A stretch of DNA of 64,000 bases, from the NCBI GenBank assembly GCA_964607485.1, contig CAZSKP010000004.1, positions 1 to 64,000 of the forward strand, written 5' to 3'. The notes under the pieces are model-generated. The model ran no database searches. It was not told the DNA's origin and was given only the letters and a program-made list of their open reading frames with translations. The position numbers were made by a program, and so were the translations under genes. Origin of the DNA: an uncultured bacterium (GTDB lineage Bacteria > Abyssobacteria > SURF-5). Shown piece by piece: positions 29,597-38,161 of this stretch. The first letter of the stretch is position 1; each line of letters begins with the position of its first letter.

Positions 29597-30751
29597 TCAA
29601 CCTGCCTTTATGTTTTCCGGCATCTGGCGGGTCAGGATATCCACCGTTTCTTCAACCATTTCCTCGAGCACCTGTCGGGCCGGTTTGATTTCCTTGATGA
29701 GTCCCGAAACCTGGCCGGAAAAAGGAGCCACGTAATCCAGTTGCTTGCCTTTGAGAAACATCTCGACAAGGCCCGAAGCCAGCGTGACCTGCGTGGGAAA
29801 CGGCAACGGCTCAAGACCGGACTGCTCCCAAAGGTCGTGGAACTTGTTGTAGATCGCTCTCGATGTCTTTCCCGTGTAAAGGTAAGTCCGGCGGGTGTCC
29901 TCATCCGTGGCATCGACGATGCGTTGCTTTTGAATGTCCAGGATTCCGCCCTCTTCGGTAGCCAGAAAGCGCGTGCCTACCCACACACCCAGACAGCCCA
30001 TCGCCAAAGCCGCCGCTACGCCGCGCCCGTCGCCGATGCCGCCGGCAGCCAAGACGGGCACGGGCGTTGCCGCGTCGATCGCCTGTGGAAGCAGCGCCAG
30101 AGTCCCTATGCGACCCGTGTGCCCGCCTCCCTCGTATCCTTGAGCGACGACGAGATCCACGCCGGACTGTGCAATGCGCCTCACGTTCTTTACGTTGCCT
30201 GCGATGCCCAGCACCTTCATGCCGTTGGCATGGGCCTCTTCCACCATGAAGCCCGGATTGCCGAGCCCGGAGCAGAACAGGGGAACCTTTTCCTCGATGC
30301 AAGCCTTCACGGCTTTAATGGGCTGCATGGTCGTCGTATCCATCCTCACCATGGTGTCAATGTCGGGAAGCTGCATTTCCGCTTTGACCTTCTGGACCCA
30401 CTCGTAGTAAGGCTTGGGAAGGGATTTCAGTATTTCGTTGAGGGGCATTTGTTTTGGGCCTTGAATATCTGTGTCGCCCAGCTCCACAAGCTGTTTGGGC
30501 AGGAGCAAGTCCACTCCGAAAGGTTTGTCGGTTCCGCTCCTGATTTCCTGAATGGCCTCCCGCATTTCCTCGATCGTGTAGCCGGCAGCTCCCAGCACTC
30601 CGAGTCCCCCCGCCTCGGATACCGCCACCACGAGGTCCACCGGGGCGCCCGTGCTCTCGCCGATAAGGGACGGCCCCATGCCCGCACTGAGAATCGGATA
30701 CTCGATGCCGAGCATGTCACAGAGTTTTGTCCGCAAGATTGGTCTGCTCAT
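29597..30751 (-). CDS. Nitronate monooxygenase/FabK-like FMN oxidoreductase
   Basis: GIEYPI..AGM, AVSEAGGLG, QGYEGGGH, AAGGIGDGRG, GTRFLAT.E; start re-placed at MSRPIL. Confidence 0.88.
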   Translation of the reverse strand: MSRPILRTKLCDMLGIEYPILSAGMGPSLIGESTGAPVDLVVAVSEAGGLGVLGAAGYTIEEMREAIQEIRSGTDKPFGVDLLLPKQLVELGDTDIQGPKQMPLNEILKSLPKPYYEWVQKVKAEMQLPDIDTMVRMDTTTMQPIKAVKACIEEKVPLFCSGLGNPGFMVEEAHANGMKVLGIAGNVKNVRRIAQSGVDLVVAQGYEGGGHTGRIGTLALLPQAIDAATPVPVLAAGGIGDGRGVAAALAMGCLGVWVGTRFLATEEGGILDIQKQRIVDATDEDTRRTYLYTGKTSRAIYNKFHDLWEQSGLEPLPFPTQVTLASGLVEMFLKGKQLDYVAPFSGQVSGLIKEIKPARQVLEEMVEETVDILTRQMPENIKAG

Positions 30752-30782
30752 ATTTCTCTCCTTGGCTCGTGTCACCTCTTTA

Positions 30783-32072
30783 TTAACATTTCGTCTCACT
30801 GCGGTTGTGCAAACCCGCTATCATCAGAGCACCCTCTCGCTCCATCAATCGCTTGTATTCAGCGACCAGGGCATCGGCCACGCTGTCCCAGGTGAACCGC
30901 GTCACCGCCTTGCGGATTTCGCTCGGCACGCTCTTCCCGTCCCCTCGGTCGGACAGGAGCTCCGCGATTTTTTCCGCGAGCAAGTCGGAGCGAGCATCGG
31001 TCACCAAACGACCCGTCGGGCCGTCATTCAGAACGTGCGGATGAATACCCACTTCCGTTGCCACCACCGGTGTGCCGCAGGCCAACGATTCCAGCCCGAC
31101 CATCCCGAAACTTTCGTAGTGCGACGGGAGCACAAGAACGTCGGCCGCGCTGTAGTAGAACGGCAATTCCTCTTGTGGCAGGCTGCCGGTAAAGATGACG
31201 GATTCCTCGATGCCCAACGTTCGAACCATGTCCTGCAACCGTTTCTGTTCGCCATTCGGCGAATCGTCGCCGCCGACAACCAATAGCTTGAAATGGAGGC
31301 GGCCCTTTAGGAGAGCGGCGGCGGCGAGCAGCCTGTCGATGCCCTTGATGGGGTCCATCCGGCTGACGCATAGCAGGATGGCTTCGCCGTTCGCGAGGCC
31401 GATTCTTCTTCGGGCCTCCTCTTGGTCTATGGGTTGGAATCTGTCGAGGTTCACCCCGCCGTGAATCACGGTGACCTTGGTCGAGTCGGCGCCATAGAAC
31501 TCGATCAGTTGCTGTTTTTCTCTTTCGGTTGGAGCGATGATGAGATCGCAATCCTCGACCAACTCCCTTTCACGAAGCAGGCGAAGTTCATGTTCGGCGG
31601 GCTTGGGCGAAAAGGCATTCTTGGCCGCACCGGTGGTGTGGAACATGATGACATGGGGCACGCACCAGTTTTCCCGAGCCCAGCGCCCCGCGCAGCCGGA
31701 CAGCCAGTAGTGACTGTGCACCACGTCGTACCTGAGGCCGGCCTCGCTTCGGAAGGCTTCCATGCCCTCGATGAATTCTTCGATATAAGGATAAAGGGCG
31801 AGCCTGGACAGATATCGGCCGTCTCCGGCCTTGATGTGGATGAGCCGAACATTCTCGCCAATCGTGAGGGCGCCCTGCTGTTCGGAACTGCGAGCGCGGG
31901 TGTAGATGTCGACCGCGTATCCTCGTTTTCCCAGTTCGCGGGCCGCCTCGCGGATATACGTGCTCATGCCGCCGGTGTCCGTCGTTCCCAATCGGCCCAG
32001 GGGATAGCTGTGGAAACACAACATCGCGACAGTGAGGCTTCCAGCTTCCATCGATGTGTTGTTTCCCGCCAC
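30783..32072 (-). CDS. GT4 glycosyltransferase, MshA (D-inositol-3-phosphate GlcNAc transferase)-like
   Basis: HSYPLGRLGTTDTGGMSTY, HSHYWLSG, FHT, R.DP.KG, ESFGMVGLE..ACGTPVV. Confidence 0.8.
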   Translation of the reverse strand: MAGNNTSMEAGSLTVAMLCFHSYPLGRLGTTDTGGMSTYIREAARELGKRGYAVDIYTRARSSEQQGALTIGENVRLIHIKAGDGRYLSRLALYPYIEEFIEGMEAFRSEAGLRYDVVHSHYWLSGCAGRWARENWCVPHVIMFHTTGAAKNAFSPKPAEHELRLLRERELVEDCDLIIAPTEREKQQLIEFYGADSTKVTVIHGGVNLDRFQPIDQEEARRRIGLANGEAILLCVSRMDPIKGIDRLLAAAALLKGRLHFKLLVVGGDDSPNGEQKRLQDMVRTLGIEESVIFTGSLPQEELPFYYSAADVLVLPSHYESFGMVGLESLACGTPVVATEVGIHPHVLNDGPTGRLVTDARSDLLAEKIAELLSDRGDGKSVPSEIRKAVTRFTWDSVADALVAEYKRLMEREGALMIAGLHNRSETKC

Positions 32073-32104
32073 GTTCGCTCCTCACCCGACTTTCGATACG
32101 TGAT

Positions 32105-33094
32105 TTACCTGAGGACGACCCGGCATCTCGACAGGCGCACTTCCTTGCCGCCCAGGTGGTACTTGTACGGCTCCGCGCCTTTCAGGAAATCGTACTTCTT
32201 CCGGCCGATCTCGATGCTGTGCTTGACGCTGAGAATCTTGCAGACCAACCCGACGCTCAACGAACTGAATCGCGGAGCGTATCCGCTGTTGTAGAGATAC
32301 ATCGTGTCCCGGTAATCGAAACAGACGGCCGCCGCGGCAGTTGTATTATTCAATCTGAGGAGAAAGAGTCGAAGAATGCCTTCGTCGGACATGGCCCGCA
32401 TCATCGACCGGAAAAACGACTCCGTCCGAGGATTCATAAAGATCGCCTTATCCGGCCGGCTCTCACGAAACATCTTCAGGAAAGAATCCAACTGCTCGCC
32501 AATTTCCCCGGCGTCATCGAGGACAATGAAACGTACCTCGGCCTCCTCGTCGAGTCTTCTCAATTTGCGCCTGATTTCGTGCCGCTGTTTTCCGTCCAAC
32601 ATTTCAAGGTATCCGTTCCAGTCGCCGGGCAACTCCATTTCCACCGACACCTCATCCGGCTCGATGGAGCATGCTCCGCCCCGATTCCGGGCTGCTTCCA
32701 CCAGGTGGGAGAGCACCGTCGATTCCGGCCGCAGACACCGAAGGTCAAGTTCCGTTACACGCCGCTTCGACAGATCGTCGAGAAGCGCGTTGTAGAATTC
32801 CTCTTCATATCCGGGCGCCACGGCGAAATCCATGTAATCGCAGACCTCCGCATCGCCCACAAAAGAGGCCGCCGCGCCCGTGATGGACAGCGGGGCGACG
32901 CCGATAGGTCTTTCGTCAATCTTAATCAAACATATATAGAGTTCGTCATCCGGCTTGAACGCCTGCCTCCATGCCTGCATCCAACGCGGCAGCATGAAAA
33001 CGTGCCGCCCCTGTTGGAGGTCTTCAAAACTGGCCGCGCAAGCGTCGATGGTGTCAAAGCTCTCTAAAGCGGCCGCGCTCGTCACCGCCTTCAA
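32105..33094 (-). CDS. CelD/BcsL-like (Acetyltransf_6) GNAT-fold protein
   Basis: CDYMDF, RHEIRRKLRRL, YLYNSGY, YDFLKGAEPYKY; TTG start overlaps biotin carboxylase stop. Confidence 0.8.
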   Translation of the reverse strand: MKAVTSAAALESFDTIDACAASFEDLQQGRHVFMLPRWMQAWRQAFKPDDELYICLIKIDERPIGVAPLSITGAAASFVGDAEVCDYMDFAVAPGYEEEFYNALLDDLSKRRVTELDLRCLRPESTVLSHLVEAARNRGGACSIEPDEVSVEMELPGDWNGYLEMLDGKQRHEIRRKLRRLDEEAEVRFIVLDDAGEIGEQLDSFLKMFRESRPDKAIFMNPRTESFFRSMMRAMSDEGILRLFLLRLNNTTAAAAVCFDYRDTMYLYNSGYAPRFSSLSVGLVCKILSVKHSIEIGRKKYDFLKGAEPYKYHLGGKEVRLSRCRVVLR

Positions 33095-34458
33095 TCCTCA
33101 TCCTCGTCGTCGTCCTCGTCCGGAACGAACTTCTTGATATATCCGGTGTGGATATCTCCCTGCTGGAACGCCGGGTCATCGACTATCCTCAGATATAGGG
33201 GGATGGTCGTCTTTATCGGCTGAATCACAAACTCCTGCAAGGCTTTCTTCAGGACGCGGATGGCGCCGTCTCTGGTCGCGTCGTGCGCGATGAGCTTGGC
33301 CACAAGCGAGTCATAATATATCGGCAGCTCGTAGCCCTCGTAGAGGTGGGTGTCCAGCCTCACCCCCGGACCGCCGGGAGGTTTGTATTCCTTAATGACC
33401 CCCGGCGAGGGCGCGAAATTGAAGTCGGGATTCTCGGCGTTAATCCGGCACTCGATGGCCCAGCCGTTGAGATTGATGTCGTCGAAGCCGTATTCGAGTT
33501 TGCCGCCGTCGGCGAGCCGGATTTGTTCCTTGACGAGGTCCACGCCCGTGACCATCTCCGTGACGGGGTGTTCCACCTGGATGCGAGCGTTGACCTCCAT
33601 GAAGTAAAAGTTGCCCTCCCGGTCAAGCAGGAATTCAACCGTGCCTGCATTGAAGTAGTTCAAGGCCTTGGCTGCGTCAATGGCGGCCCGGCCCATGGTT
33701 TTTCGCAGTTCCGGTGTCATGGCCGATGACGGCGCTTCTTCGATCAATTTCTGATAGCGCCGCTGAATCGAGCATTCCCGTTCTCCCAGGTGGATGACGT
33801 TGCCGAGTTTGTCGGCCAGAACCTGGAACTCAATGTGCCTCGGGTCCACCAGGCATTTTTCAATATATAACGAGTCGTCGCCGAAGGCCGCTTTCACTTC
33901 CGCCCGGGCCACGGCGAACTCTTCCCTCAGAACCTCTTCATCCGGGCAGATGCGAATGCCGCGGCCGCCGCCGCCGGCCGCCGCCTTGACCATTACCGGA
34001 TAGCCTATCTCAGAAGCGAGGGCGACTGCCTCATCTATTGAGCCCACTCCATTCCGGCTCGAAGGAACGATGGGCACCCCGGCCTGCCTGATGAGCGTCT
34101 TGGCCTTGATCTTATCGCCGGCGAGAGCCAGGTTTTCCGGAGTCGGACCGACGAAGACCAGGCCGGCGTCGTTACATGCACGGGCAAAGCCACCGTTTTC
34201 GGCCAGATAGCCGTAGCCGGGATGGACGGCCTCGGCGCCTGTTTTTTTTGCCGCCTCGATGATGGCCTCGATGTTCAGATAGCTCTTGGCGCTCATCGGC
34301 GGGCCGATGCAGACGCTCTCGTCGGCGCGGCGAACGTGGAGACTGCGCTCATCGGCCTCGGAATAGACTGCCACGCTTCTTATGCCGAGGTCTTTGGTCG
34401 CGCGTATGACCCTCAGCGCGATCTCGCCTCTGTTGGCTATCAGTATCTTCGAAAACAT
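33091..34458 (-). CDS. accC: Biotin carboxylase subunit
   Basis: KILIANRGEIA, HPGYGYLAEN, GGGGRG, RECSIQRR, EVNARIQVEH, ECRINAE, YYDSLVAK. Confidence 0.95.
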   Translation of the reverse strand: MFSKILIANRGEIALRVIRATKDLGIRSVAVYSEADERSLHVRRADESVCIGPPMSAKSYLNIEAIIEAAKKTGAEAVHPGYGYLAENGGFARACNDAGLVFVGPTPENLALAGDKIKAKTLIRQAGVPIVPSSRNGVGSIDEAVALASEIGYPVMVKAAAGGGGRGIRICPDEEVLREEFAVARAEVKAAFGDDSLYIEKCLVDPRHIEFQVLADKLGNVIHLGERECSIQRRYQKLIEEAPSSAMTPELRKTMGRAAIDAAKALNYFNAGTVEFLLDREGNFYFMEVNARIQVEHPVTEMVTGVDLVKEQIRLADGGKLEYGFDDINLNGWAIECRINAENPDFNFAPSPGVIKEYKPPGGPGVRLDTHLYEGYELPIYYDSLVAKLIAHDATRDGAIRVLKKALQEFVIQPIKTTIPLYLRIVDDPAFQQGDIHTGYIKKFVPDEDDDEDED

Positions 34459-34504
34459 CGCTTCCTACCCTTGTGGGATTTCACATCCCGACAGGGAATA
34501 AGGC

Positions 34505-34753
34505 CTATTCGGTTTCGATAATAAACATCAAATCCTCGTCCTTAAGCGGGGTCTCATTCTCAGCTACAATCTCGACGACCTTGCCTGCCGTCGGTGACTT
34601 GATCTTCTGGAAAACCTTCATCGTTTCCAGCAGGGCAAGAATCTGCTTCTTTTTGACCGTATCGCCCACCTCGACGTATGGCGGCTGATCGGGAGCCGGC
34701 TTTCTGTAAAACACTCCAGACATGGGCGCTCGCACTTCGATCTTTTTGCTCAT
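34505..34753 (-). CDS. Stand-alone biotin carboxyl carrier protein
   Basis: APMSGVFYR.P.P, GD.V, ETMK biotinylation motif (usual EAMK). Confidence 0.92.
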   Translation of the reverse strand: MSKKIEVRAPMSGVFYRKPAPDQPPYVEVGDTVKKKQILALLETMKVFQKIKSPTAGKVVEIVAENETPLKDEDLMFIIETE

Positions 34754-34809
34754 TCCTCATTTGCTCCTGAACGAATCTGGGGTTGGTTTTCAGTTAAAAT
34801 GGGGCGTTA

Positions 34810-35595
34810 CTAGCGTCCCTTCCACACGGGGTCGCGCTTCTCCATGAAGGCGGCTATGCCCTCCATCAGGTCCTCCACCTGCGTGTTGACGGTCAATTGT
34901 GAATGGAGGTAGCTCAGAGCGTCCTCCATGGCCATGTCCGCTATCTGGTAGAAGGACGACTTGCCAAGTCCCATGACGGCCGGACTGTACGACGAGAGCT
35001 TCTTGGCCATCTCGGAAACCTTCTCATGGAACGAGTCCTTGGACACGCAATAGTTAATCAAGCCGATGCGCTCCGCTTCGGCCGCGGGGATACGGTCTCC
35101 GGTCATGCACAGCTCGGCCGCTTTCTTGCGGCCCACGTTGCGGATGAGCACGGCCGTGACCATGTAGGGCCAAAGCCCGCGCTTTATCTCCGGCAGGCCG
35201 AACTGGGCGTCCTCCCTGGCCACGGCAACGTCGCTGGACAGGCAGAGCCCCATGCCTCCGGCCAGGCAGTATCCTTCGATGGCCGCCAGGATCGGTTTTT
35301 TGCATTTATTCATCTTAACCAAGAGGTCGACATAATGGAGCCGGTCGTAGTGCATGTCGAGAAACGACTGCGCAGCGCCGAAGCTGCCGCCCAGGTCGGC
35401 GCCGGAGCAGAAATTGCTCCCCGCCCCGGTCAGGATGATTGCCGAAACGTCAGGGGCCGCCCCGGCCTGGTCGAAATATTGATTCAGGCCGGCCATGACG
35501 TTGGAGTTGATTGAATTGCGCCTTTCCGGCCGGTTGATGGTGATGGTGGCCACCTTGTCCTTGACGCTATAAAGAACCTCTTGGTTCTCGCTCAT
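34810..35595 (-). CDS. Enoyl-CoA hydratase/isomerase (methylglutaconyl-CoA hydratase-like)
   Basis: INRPERRNS, FCSGADL, AGGMGL, FGLPE, F.EKRDP.W; start re-placed at MSENQEV. Confidence 0.9.
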   Translation of the reverse strand: MSENQEVLYSVKDKVATITINRPERRNSINSNVMAGLNQYFDQAGAAPDVSAIILTGAGSNFCSGADLGGSFGAAQSFLDMHYDRLHYVDLLVKMNKCKKPILAAIEGYCLAGGMGLCLSSDVAVAREDAQFGLPEIKRGLWPYMVTAVLIRNVGRKKAAELCMTGDRIPAAEAERIGLINYCVSKDSFHEKVSEMAKKLSSYSPAVMGLGKSSFYQIADMAMEDALSYLHSQLTVNTQVEDLMEGIAAFMEKRDPVWKGR

Positions 35596-35621
35596 GGTCG
35601 TCCCTCCTCGTTCGTGGCGTG

Positions 35622-36488
35622 TTATTTCTTGAGCCCCAGGATTCGGCGCGCTTCCTCGGCAGTGGCGATCTCCCGACCCACCTCGCGCGTGATCTTGGCC
35701 AGGGCCTCGACCAACTCCCCGTTGCTTTGGGCCTTCTCGCCGCTGGGCAGGTAGAACGTGTCTTCCAACCCGGTGCGTACGTTGCCGCCTTCTTCCAGCG
35801 CCTTTCGCTGGAGGTCCCAGACTTCCTTCCGGCCGACGCAGATTACCTGCCAGTGGGTACCGGGCAGCATCTCCTTCTTGAGGAGCGGCACCCATTCGGG
35901 TTTCGCTGGCTGGCCGCTTGCCACGCCCATGACCAGCGAGATGTGCGGGTCGCCCTCGAACATCCCGGCCTTCTTGTACAACGCCACACTGCGCACGATG
36001 CCCGAATCGAAGCACTCGAACTCGGGGACGACGTCGTTGGCCGTCATCACGTCGAGGAATGCCTGGACCTTCTCCACCGGGTTATCGAACGTCATCGGCG
36101 GCCAGGCCCAAGTGCCGTCTCCCTTGAGCTTGAGGTAGTTCAAAGACCCGGCGTTGCATGCGGCCATCTCGGGCTTGATCGCCTCCAGGCAGGCCACCGG
36201 CCCGGAAATGTCGGGACCGACCACGCCGGTGCTCTGGTTAATGATGATGCCCGGCACCCGCTCTCTGATGGCGTCGATAATCGACCTGACGACGCCGACG
36301 TCCCACGTGGGATATGCGCCCATGCCCGGATTCTGATCGCGGAAATGGCAGTGCACGATGGAGGCGCCCTGATTCCAGGCCTGCTCCGCGGCGTCGGCCA
36401 TCTGCTCGGGTGTGACGGGGATATTCCCCATATTCGGATTGGTCAGAACGCCGGTAAGGGCGCACGTCAGTATGGCTTTGTCGCTCAT
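35622..36488 (-). CDS. Beta-keto acid cleavage enzyme (3-keto-5-aminohexanoate cleavage, DUF849 family)
   Basis: ILTCALTG, PVTPEQ, GASIVHCHFR (HxH), PEFECFD, G.VRTGLED; start re-placed at MSDKAIL. Confidence 0.9.
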   Translation of the reverse strand: MSDKAILTCALTGVLTNPNMGNIPVTPEQMADAAEQAWNQGASIVHCHFRDQNPGMGAYPTWDVGVVRSIIDAIRERVPGIIINQSTGVVGPDISGPVACLEAIKPEMAACNAGSLNYLKLKGDGTWAWPPMTFDNPVEKVQAFLDVMTANDVVPEFECFDSGIVRSVALYKKAGMFEGDPHISLVMGVASGQPAKPEWVPLLKKEMLPGTHWQVICVGRKEVWDLQRKALEEGGNVRTGLEDTFYLPSGEKAQSNGELVEALAKITREVGREIATAEEARRILGLKK

Positions 36489-36543
36489 GCAATACCTCCT
36501 GTCATTTGATAAGGCTCGGCTGCGCGTCTGGTCGGGATGTCTA

Positions 36544-38100
36544 TCACGCGGGAGAAGTGCCGTGTTTCTTCGCTCTGCGCGGCAACTTCTCCGCCTTGTT
36601 CCTGGTAATATCCAGTGCTTCGATAATTTTCTTTCGGGTATCCTTTGGCTCGATGATCTCGTCAACCACCTGGGCGGTCCAGGAATGGGCCGCGTCGAAC
36701 ACGTCCACTTTTTCGCGGGACCGGTTCAGGTATACTTCATACGCGTCTTCTTCGATTCCTTTGCCATAAATCTCGTTGTATTTCAGCTCCGACGCCTCGA
36801 CGGCGAATCGGGCGATGGGCCAGGCATACGTCAGGTCCGCGCCGAGCCCTTTCACGCCGCTCATGACCATGCTGCCGGAATCGGCGTACGCCTCGCGCAG
36901 TACCACTCCGATTTTGGGGACCGTCGCCGTGGCGTACACATCGACAATCTTGCCGATATGCCGGAGCAGTCCCTTGGCTTCCTCTTCCTCGCCGGGAACG
37001 AGGGGCGGCGTGTCCACCAGGTTGACCAATGGCGTGCTGTAGGCCTCGAGGGTCTGCAGAAAGCGGTAATACTTGTCGCAGGCGTTGATTTCGTAAATGC
37101 TGCCCGGCTCGGCGGGATTATTGGCGACCAATCCGACCACCTCGCCGTTGAAGCGGCAGTATCCGGCGATGAGCTGCTTGGCGTATTCGTTCTTGATCTC
37201 GAAAAAGTCGCCGTCGTCAACCAGTTCCCGGATGACGTCGTGCATATCGTACTTACGATCGAATTCATCGGGCACGATATCGACCAGCTTTCCCACTTCG
37301 CGGCCGGCGTCGTCGGTCCGCTCCCAGGCGAGCGGTTTCTCGCGATAATTCGCCGGCAGGTACCGCAGCAATTCGCGGCAGGCCAGAATGGACTCCTTGT
37401 CGTCGTCGCCCACCACATCGCACGTTCCGCTCAACTGCATGTGATAGTCGGCGCCGCCCACGTTGCGGTCGATCTTTTCCGAGGTCGCCGCCGCGGTCTG
37501 GCGCGGGCCGCCCAGCCACAGGTTGCCGGAAATCCGGCTGATAAACAGGAAATCGCACAGCGTCGGAAGGTATGCGCCGCCGGCAATGCAGGGCCCCATC
37601 AGCACGGTAATCTGTGGAATCACGCCCGAATATATGGATTCGAGGTAAAACATCCAATCCACGCCGGCCATGGCCACGTCGCGGTATCCCAGGCGGCCGC
37701 CCGACGAATCGAGCAGGTTCACAAGCGGGATGCCCCATGCAGCCGCCATTTCGAGGACGCGGCAGTATTTCATGATATGCTGCTGGCCGATGGAGCCGCC
37801 AAGGACGGTGAAGTCGGAGGAATAAATCATGATGGTGCGGCCATGCACCTTGGCCGTGCCCACGACGGCGCCGTCGCAGGGCGCGTCGGTGAAGCGGCCG
37901 TCGATGCGGATGCCGGTGGTGTTCACACAGGAGCCCAGTTCGGCGAACGTGCCTTCATCAATGAGGACGTCGATCCTCTCCCGGGCGGTCAACTTGCCGC
38001 GGCCGTGTTGCCGCTCGATGTGCTTGATGCCGCCACCCAGCTTGTTCTTCTCCTGTATTTCACGATAGCGTTTGAGCGCTTCTTCCATTCGGTTTCCCAT
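36544..38100 (-). CDS. Acyl-CoA carboxylase carboxyltransferase (beta-like) subunit B
   Basis: QH.RGKLTARERI, DFTVLGGS, DSSGGR, GPCIAGGAY, DTP, DEIIEP..TR. Confidence 0.92.
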   Translation of the reverse strand: MGNRMEEALKRYREIQEKNKLGGGIKHIERQHGRGKLTARERIDVLIDEGTFAELGSCVNTTGIRIDGRFTDAPCDGAVVGTAKVHGRTIMIYSSDFTVLGGSIGQQHIMKYCRVLEMAAAWGIPLVNLLDSSGGRLGYRDVAMAGVDWMFYLESIYSGVIPQITVLMGPCIAGGAYLPTLCDFLFISRISGNLWLGGPRQTAAATSEKIDRNVGGADYHMQLSGTCDVVGDDDKESILACRELLRYLPANYREKPLAWERTDDAGREVGKLVDIVPDEFDRKYDMHDVIRELVDDGDFFEIKNEYAKQLIAGYCRFNGEVVGLVANNPAEPGSIYEINACDKYYRFLQTLEAYSTPLVNLVDTPPLVPGEEEEAKGLLRHIGKIVDVYATATVPKIGVVLREAYADSGSMVMSGVKGLGADLTYAWPIARFAVEASELKYNEIYGKGIEEDAYEVYLNRSREKVDVFDAAHSWTAQVVDEIIEPKDTRKKIIEALDITRNKAEKLPRRAKKHGTSPA

Positions 38101-38139
38101 ATTTCAATAACCCCCTGATTCGACCATTCGGTTTCCCAT
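38085..38139. repeat. 16-bp direct repeat duplicating the first codons of carboxyltransferase B
   Basis: CCATTCGGTTTCCCAT at 38085-38100 and 38124-38139. Confidence 0.85.
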
Positions 38140-38161
38140 GCTTCGAAAAACCCTGACACGA

